64,000 nt of DNA from positions 21,722 to 85,721 of the forward strand of contig JASJDZ010000006.1 of NCBI GenBank assembly GCA_030065575.1. The letters are read 5' to 3'. This DNA is from Acidimicrobiia bacterium (lineage in GTDB: Bacteria; Actinomycetota; Acidimicrobiia; Spongiisociales; UBA5794). This document shows positions 58,681 to 64,000 of this stretch, in pieces (position 1 is the stretch's first letter; each line of letters starts with the position of its first letter). Made by a program: the position numbers and the translations under genes. The notes beneath the pieces are model-generated. The model was not told the DNA's origin. It worked only from the letters and a program-made list of their open reading frames with translations, and did no database searches.

Positions 58681-59463
58681 TTAGACCGTGGTCAGGCTCT
58701 CGAGCCCTATCCATCGGAGCACTCGATCGAAGAATGACGACAGCTCATTGACCTGCCCGGTCACCATCAAGACACCGAACAGAGCAAGCAGGAGCCCGGA
58801 GAAGACACTGATCGGCGTGAGGAACCTCTTGATGCCGTTGACGACCGAATAGGTCTTGGCCAGGAGGAGCGACGAGACCAGGAAGGGGATGCCAAGACCG
58901 AGCGAGTAGAACCCGAGCACGAGCATCGCTCGACCGGTCTCACCGCCGGTCTCAGCGCTGAGTCCCAGAGTGATCGCCGCCCCGAGAAACGGGCCGATAC
59001 ACGGGGTCCAACCGAAGGCGAAAGCCATCCCCATTATCGGCGGTGCAAATACGCCGAACCGGCTCGGTCGTACATCCTTGCGCCGATCCTTCATGACCGG
59101 AAGCAAGAACGCAGGCTGCCACACCGCGGTGACTGCTATGAACAGGCCCATCACGATGATCACCCAACCGGCAATGGTCGTGAAGATGCTCTCCGAAAGC
59201 AGTCGGCCAAAGGATGAGGCCGCACCACCGAACAGGACCACGAACACGAGGGTGAAGCCGGAGATGAACAGAAGCGTCGCTCGGGTGACCTTCCACATCG
59301 ACGCGTTGCCCTCCGCGATGTCCCGGGTCGAGTAGCCCGACATGAGGCTGAGGTAGCCGGGAAGTAGGGGAAGGACGCATGGCGACAAGAACGAGGCTGC
59401 GCCGGCCAACACTGCCGCAACCAGCGACGTGTCGACCGCGGCGACAATAGCTAGCTCGCTCAC
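58681..59463 (-). CDS. ccdA: Cytochrome c biogenesis thiol-disulfide transporter CcdA (DsbD family)
   Basis: FLSPCVLPLLPGYL and FAFGWTPCIGP conserved Cys motifs, with about six TM helices. Confidence 0.85.
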   Translation of the reverse strand: MSELAIVAAVDTSLVAAVLAGAASFLSPCVLPLLPGYLSLMSGYSTRDIAEGNASMWKVTRATLLFISGFTLVFVVLFGGAASSFGRLLSESIFTTIAGWVIIVMGLFIAVTAVWQPAFLLPVMKDRRKDVRPSRFGVFAPPIMGMAFAFGWTPCIGPFLGAAITLGLSAETGGETGRAMLVLGFYSLGLGIPFLVSSLLLAKTYSVVNGIKRFLTPISVFSGLLLALFGVLMVTGQVNELSSFFDRVLRWIGLESLTTV

Positions 59464-59613
59464 AACTCTCTCCTGACTCGGCGTCGTGGCCTCACAACGC
59501 AGTCGAAGGTTGGTTTGTTCCGATCAGCGTATGAACAGACGATGAATACCTGGGGCGTCCCGGCAGGGTAACCTCGGTCCGCTGATGCGCAACGTAGATG
59601 GGCAGAGAAGACA

Positions 59614-60936
59614 ATGGCAGTGATCTCCGATTTCACCATTCGGGATCGCAGAGTGCTGACCCTGATGCTCTTTGTGGCCCTCATCGCCGGGTACGGCGGT
59701 AGCCAGCTCAGCCACACCCTCCCGTTTGCGCGCCATGCTCTCGACATCACTGAGGGAGGCATGAACTGGGTCTTTGCCGCCACCCGCCTCGCATCCTTCA
59801 TCGGCCTTCTGTTCATGGTGATCGCCGACCGCAGGGGACGGCGAATTCCTTTCCTCGTGGCCTTTGCCCTGCTGCCTGTCGGCAACTTGCTCACGGCGGT
59901 GGCGCCCGACCCGGCCACGTTCACTGCAGCGCAGAGCCTCACGCGGATTGCGGTGATTGCTGTTGCCGGGCTCGCCATCGTGATGCTGGCTGAGGAGCTC
60001 AGTCCTCGAATTCGTGCCCTCGGGATCGGTCTCTACGCACTGGCCGGCGCAGCGGGCTCGGGTCTCGGGCTGGCCCTGCTTCCGATCGCCGATGGATCCG
60101 ACGATGCCTTTCGTCTCCTGTTCGCCTTCACGGGTGTTGGCTTGCTCGGCCTGCCCATGCTGTTCCGTTTCCTGAAGGAGAGCCGGGCATTTGTCTCGTA
60201 CACCAAGAAGGTGACATTCCGCTCAGCGTTGCGGGCCGGGCTGGGGCGCCACTTCTGGCCATTGGCGGCAATCGCTTTCCTGATTGCGATGTTCTCGTCA
60301 CCCGCAACCTCGTTCGTCATGGAGCGTCTCGTTGATGACCTGGCCTGGGAGACGGCCCCGGCTCGCTTCTTGCTGATGGTCTTCAGCGGTCTGGGTACGG
60401 CCGGCGTCATCATCGGCGGAAGGATGGCCGATCAGATTGGGCGCAAGCGCACGACGATTGCGGCAATGGCGACCGGGCTCGTCGGTGGTGTTGCGTTCTA
60501 CACCCAGGACAGCGGATGGATTCTCGCCCCGGCCATCTTCCTGGCCACCATGGGCCTCGGCATGCTGACACCTGCGATGGCATCGCATCGCTCCGAGCTC
60601 TTCCCGACCCGGGTGCGGGCAACTGCGGCTGGATGGATCACGAACGTGGCCATCTGCGGCAGCATTACCGGTTTTGTCATCGGCGGTGTGGTCGTCGACA
60701 GGATCGGCCTCTCCACGACCATCACTGCGTTGGCCGGTGGTCTGCTTATTGCGATGTTGCTGGTCACGTTGTTGCCGGAGACTCGCGGGATGGACCTCGT
60801 GCGCTCCCGAGGGGCCCGAAGAAGTGCCACCAGGCCAGAGTCAGGAAACGAACCGCCATCATCGCCACCAGGGCCCACCACACACCCCGAAGACCCCAGC
60901 CCCGCATCTGCACCGCAGCCAACACCACCGCAGTAG
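59614..60936 (+). CDS. MFS transporter
   Basis: 12 predicted TM helices, the MFS loop motif ADRRGRR between TM2 and TM3, GRMADQIGRKRT in the second half, and a PETRGMDL end-of-fold motif. The Pro/Ser-rich tail overlaps the convergent MATE gene. Confidence 0.75.
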   Translation: MAVISDFTIRDRRVLTLMLFVALIAGYGGSQLSHTLPFARHALDITEGGMNWVFAATRLASFIGLLFMVIADRRGRRIPFLVAFALLPVGNLLTAVAPDPATFTAAQSLTRIAVIAVAGLAIVMLAEELSPRIRALGIGLYALAGAAGSGLGLALLPIADGSDDAFRLLFAFTGVGLLGLPMLFRFLKESRAFVSYTKKVTFRSALRAGLGRHFWPLAAIAFLIAMFSSPATSFVMERLVDDLAWETAPARFLLMVFSGLGTAGVIIGGRMADQIGRKRTTIAAMATGLVGGVAFYTQDSGWILAPAIFLATMGLGMLTPAMASHRSELFPTRVRATAAGWITNVAICGSITGFVIGGVVVDRIGLSTTITALAGGLLIAMLLVTLLPETRGMDLVRSRGARRSATRPESGNEPPSSPPGPTTHPEDPSPASAPQPTPPQ

Positions 60937-62122
60937 CAGCTGCGGCCAGAACCGTCGTTGCCGCGAGGAACCCAAACCGTGACGCCCCGATGGCGATGCC
61001 GTCCCAGGTGAACACGAGTGCGTTCAGCGGCTGCATCGCAACAATGAAGACGTAGACACCGGACACCTCTGCGACCACCACTGGGTCGTTGCTGAATATG
61101 CCTGGGAGGAAGCTCCATCCACTCGCCATGATGCCGGCGAGCAGACATCCACCGACAGCACCCCAGCCGAGAAGCCGACGGGCGTAGGCTCTCGCCAGCT
61201 TGCGATTCGAGGCGAAGTGAAGGCCGACCAGGGCCTGGCCGGCGATAGCAAGGGCATCAATCACCAGGGCCAGGAAGATCCACAGCTGCACCGCCACCTG
61301 ATGTGCGGCAACCACTTCTTCGCCCTGCCTCGTGGCGACGGCGGTCGCCAGCGTGAACGCTCCCAGCAGCGCCCCACTGCGAATCACCAACGCACGTCCC
61401 GCTCCCAGCAAGGGGCGCAGCGCAGCCATTCCCGGCCACCGCTTCTGCAGCGAGAACTGCTCTCGCCGCACCCAAAAGAGGGCGATGAAGATAAGCGCTC
61501 CCAGCCACTGGGCGATCGTTGTCGCCCAGGCGGCGCCGGCCAGCCCCCAGCCGAGGCCAAAGATGAGCAGCGGGTCGAGGACGAGGTTGAAGAGCGAGAT
61601 CGAGCCCGTCACGAACATGGGCGTCTTGGTGTCCTGATAGCCGCGAAAGACACCGTGGGAAACAGTCGCCAGGAGAACGGCCGGCATCCCGATCACCCTG
61701 AGCCGCAGGTAGAGCGTCGCATCGTCGAGCAGCCTCGACTCAGCCCCCATCAGCCGCAACACGGGTTCGGCGAGCAATCCGAGGACGAGTGCCGTGACCA
61801 GCCCGATGCCGGCCCCCAGGGTGAGCGCACCGACGGTCAGGCGCCCTGCCTGGTCGCTCTCGCCTCGTGCCACCGCGCCAGCGATCAGCGGTGTCGTGCC
61901 GTAGGCGAGGAAGTTGAAAAGGAAGAAGGCGATAGAGAACACAGCGACCGAGACCCCTAGAGCTGCCAGCGGCGTTTTGCCGAGCTGCCCAACGAACGCC
62001 GTATCAACGAGAGATACGATCGGGTCCGCCGCCAGCGTGCCCAGCGCAGGGATCGCCAGCCGGAGTATCTCCCGATCCAGCCGACGACCCGTCACTGCCC
62101 GATCGAGGTTACGGGCTGTCAC
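60764..62122 (-). CDS. MATE-family efflux transporter
   Basis: ILRLAIPALGTLAADPIVSLVDTAFVGQLG is a typical MATE N-terminus, and there are 12 TM helices. GTG at 62122 overlaps the nth stop (GTGA). The track ORF extends to 62182. Confidence 0.8.
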   Translation of the reverse strand: MTARNLDRAVTGRRLDREILRLAIPALGTLAADPIVSLVDTAFVGQLGKTPLAALGVSVAVFSIAFFLFNFLAYGTTPLIAGAVARGESDQAGRLTVGALTLGAGIGLVTALVLGLLAEPVLRLMGAESRLLDDATLYLRLRVIGMPAVLLATVSHGVFRGYQDTKTPMFVTGSISLFNLVLDPLLIFGLGWGLAGAAWATTIAQWLGALIFIALFWVRREQFSLQKRWPGMAALRPLLGAGRALVIRSGALLGAFTLATAVATRQGEEVVAAHQVAVQLWIFLALVIDALAIAGQALVGLHFASNRKLARAYARRLLGWGAVGGCLLAGIMASGWSFLPGIFSNDPVVVAEVSGVYVFIVAMQPLNALVFTWDGIAIGASRFGFLAATTVLAAAATAVVLAAVQMRGWGLRGVWWALVAMMAVRFLTLAWWHFFGPLGSARGPSRESPATT

Positions 62123-62805
62123 CGCCCGACCCTGGGTCGCCGGGTCTTCGGCGCATAGGGACAACGATCGCGCACCGGGCATTCCCAGCAGTGCGGCTTC
62201 CGGGCATCACAGACGTCGCGCCCAAACTGGATGAACCGCATTGAGATCCCGGACCAGGTGCTCTCGAGGTAGAGGTCCCTGAGATCGTGCTCGATCTTCA
62301 CCGGGTCGTCATTTGTCGTGAGGCCCAGCCGCTGCGAGACACGCTTCACGTGTGTGTCGACGGCGATCGCCGGGTCGTCCCACACCTCGGCGAGCACAAC
62401 GCTCGCTGTCTTCCGGCCCACACCCTTGAGTGTCACCAAAGCTTCGAGATCTCTCGGTACTTGTCCCTCGAACCGCTCGACTAGGTCGGCGGCGAGGCTG
62501 AGCACCGATTTGGTCTTCTGCCGATAGAACCCGGTCGAGAAGATGACTTCTTCGACATCCTCGGGCCTGGCGACGGCCAGGTCCTCCGGCGTCGGCCAGC
62601 GGTCGAAGAGCTCGGGGGTCACGCGATTCACGTTGTCGTCCGTTGTCTGGGCAGACAACACGGTGGAGACCAGCAGCTGCCAAGGATCGGCATAGTCCAG
62701 CGCAGTGCTCATCTCCGGGTACAGCTTGTGCAGTCTGCGCAGTATCACCCGGGCCGCACGGCGACGTTGCGGCAATGGCAGCTCGACGGGAGGGACGACC
62801 GGCAT
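62119..62805 (-). CDS. nth: Endonuclease III
   Basis: HhH-GPD (LVTLKGVGRKTASVVL), the catalytic-region motif VDTHV and the 4Fe-4S motif CDARKPHCWECPVRDRC. Confidence 0.92.
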   Translation of the reverse strand: MPVVPPVELPLPQRRRAARVILRRLHKLYPEMSTALDYADPWQLLVSTVLSAQTTDDNVNRVTPELFDRWPTPEDLAVARPEDVEEVIFSTGFYRQKTKSVLSLAADLVERFEGQVPRDLEALVTLKGVGRKTASVVLAEVWDDPAIAVDTHVKRVSQRLGLTTNDDPVKIEHDLRDLYLESTWSGISMRFIQFGRDVCDARKPHCWECPVRDRCPYAPKTRRPRVGR

Positions 62806-62850
62806 GGGTGGGAAGTCTAGGGGTGGGCAGAACCGGCTACGATCTCGTTC

Positions 62851-63420
62851 GTGGACCTACGCACCGCCGTCGCCGAACGTGCCCGTATCGAGGGCAACCT
62901 CGTTCTAGTCGACGAGTTCCTCAACCACCGTGTCGAGCCGGCGGTGATTGCCTCTGTCGGCCGGTCGCTGGCCACAGCCTTCGCAGAACTAAAGCCGGAT
63001 CTGATCCTGACTGCGGAGGCGTCGGGCATACCCCCGGCTATGGCTTGCTCTCACGAGCTGGGAATCCCCATGGTCTATGCCAAGAAGTACCTGGGTACGG
63101 GGGATCGCTACTCATTCGCCCGGGAAGTCACTTCACCCACCAAGGGAGTCGAGTATCGGGTTGAGGTAGCGAGGCGGGTACTCCCACCGGGCCTCCGCCT
63201 CATCATAGTCGACGACTTCCTGGCGCGGGGCCGGACCGCCGAGGCTCTCGGCGAGATCGCCACGGAGGCCGGCTGTGACCTCATCGGGTTTGGTTTCGCT
63301 ATCGAAAAGTGCTGGCAGGGTGGACGGGAACGCCTGGAACGGCACGGCTGGAAGGTGCATTCGGTAGTAGAGCTCGAGGCCATCGAAGGAACCTCGGTCG
63401 TAATCCGAAATCACCGTTAA
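62851..63420 (+). CDS. xpt: Xanthine phosphoribosyltransferase
   Basis: The N-terminal VDEFLNHRVEP pattern is typical of Xpt. PRPP-binding motif LIIVDDFLARGRTA. GTG start. Confidence 0.85.
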   Translation: MDLRTAVAERARIEGNLVLVDEFLNHRVEPAVIASVGRSLATAFAELKPDLILTAEASGIPPAMACSHELGIPMVYAKKYLGTGDRYSFAREVTSPTKGVEYRVEVARRVLPPGLRLIIVDDFLARGRTAEALGEIATEAGCDLIGFGFAIEKCWQGGRERLERHGWKVHSVVELEAIEGTSVVIRNHR

Positions 63421-63495
63421 AGCCGAGAGTGCGCACAACCGTCGGATGTCGTTGGAATCCTGGCCGAACGACCTGCGCAGGCAACCGTACGGTCG

Positions 63496-64000
63496 TCAGA
63501 CCAGCTCAGCGTCCGCAATGATCTCCACCATGCTCGGCCCATCGTGACCGAGCGCTCGCTCCAGGGCACTATCGAGCTCGTCGGCGCGAGTCACTCGTAT
63601 GCCCATGGCGCCGCATAGATTGGCGTACTCGGAGAAATCGGGATTGTGCAGCGAGGTCTGCCACACGTCCCAGTTGCCCGAACGCTGCTCCTTTGAGATC
63701 TTGCCCAGTTCTGAGTTGTTCAGCAGAACGTGCGTGATCCCCATGCCGTACTTGACGGCAGTGTTGAGCTCACCCATGTACTGGCCAAAACCTCCATCAC
63801 CTGATACCGCCACCACCGGGCGTCCCTGGAAGCGCGGGTCTTCCTCCTGGGTTGCGGCCCATGCGCCCATGGCCGCCGGGTAGGCAAAACCAATGGAACC
63901 CAGGTAGCCGGACATGAGTACCGCCTGTTCCCGGCATTCGAAGTAGCGGCCGAACGAGTAGGTGTTGTTCCCGACGTCCACGGCAACGATGGCATCGGAG
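63496..64000 (-). CDS. Thiamine-diphosphate-dependent enzyme (pyruvate oxidase / acetolactate synthase family), C-terminal part; gene continues beyond the right edge
   Basis: TPP-binding motif GDGGFGQYMGELNTAVKYGMGITHVLLNNSELG. The reading frame stays open to position 64000. Confidence 0.72.
   Translation of the reverse strand, partial: SDAIVAVDVGNNTYSFGRYFECREQAVLMSGYLGSIGFAYPAAMGAWAATQEEDPRFQGRPVVAVSGDGGFGQYMGELNTAVKYGMGITHVLLNNSELGKISKEQRSGNWDVWQTSLHNPDFSEYANLCGAMGIRVTRADELDSALERALGHDGPSMVEIIADAELV

Noticed and set aside
62806-62850. Purine riboswitch upstream of xpt
   Set aside because: Only 45 nt separate nth from xpt. This is too short for a purine aptamer plus expression platform, and no conserved aptamer motifs were seen.

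Overview
High-GC, actinobacterial-type chromosomal window, densely coded and mostly on the minus strand. The housekeeping backbone is polA, rpsA, coaE, uvrB, uvrA, uvrC, rapZ, yvcK, pgk, tpiA, secG, gpmA, nth and xpt. It also holds a five-gene Opp/Dpp-type peptide ABC transporter with a second paralogous binding protein, and trpE ... trpC-trpF-trpB-trpA. Two two-component systems, cytochrome c/CcdA, MFS and MATE transporters and two tRNA-Leu genes are present. The left end carries an envelope cluster: DivIVA fragment, NUDIX hydrolase, VanW protein with SLH-like repeats, PKD protein and a Thr/Pro-rich protein. No integrase, transposase, CRISPR array or recognisable defence genes were seen.

Two things stand out.
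1. Three exact 160-nt head-to-tail repeats are fused to the 3' end of tRNA-Leu(CAA). Each ends in a copy of the tRNA 3' terminal segment, and one stem shows compensatory changes between copies. I cannot assign this to any known element class.
2. A Tad/Flp pilus system is split into three blocks around the essential rpsA-polA pair. The blocks are NarL-type TCS plus flp; cpaB-tadZ-tadA-tadB-tadC plus an uncharacterised 446-aa polytopic membrane protein; and two tandem TadE/TadG-like pairs. No prepilin peptidase is in the window.

All functional calls rest on motifs read from the translations. No database search was possible.
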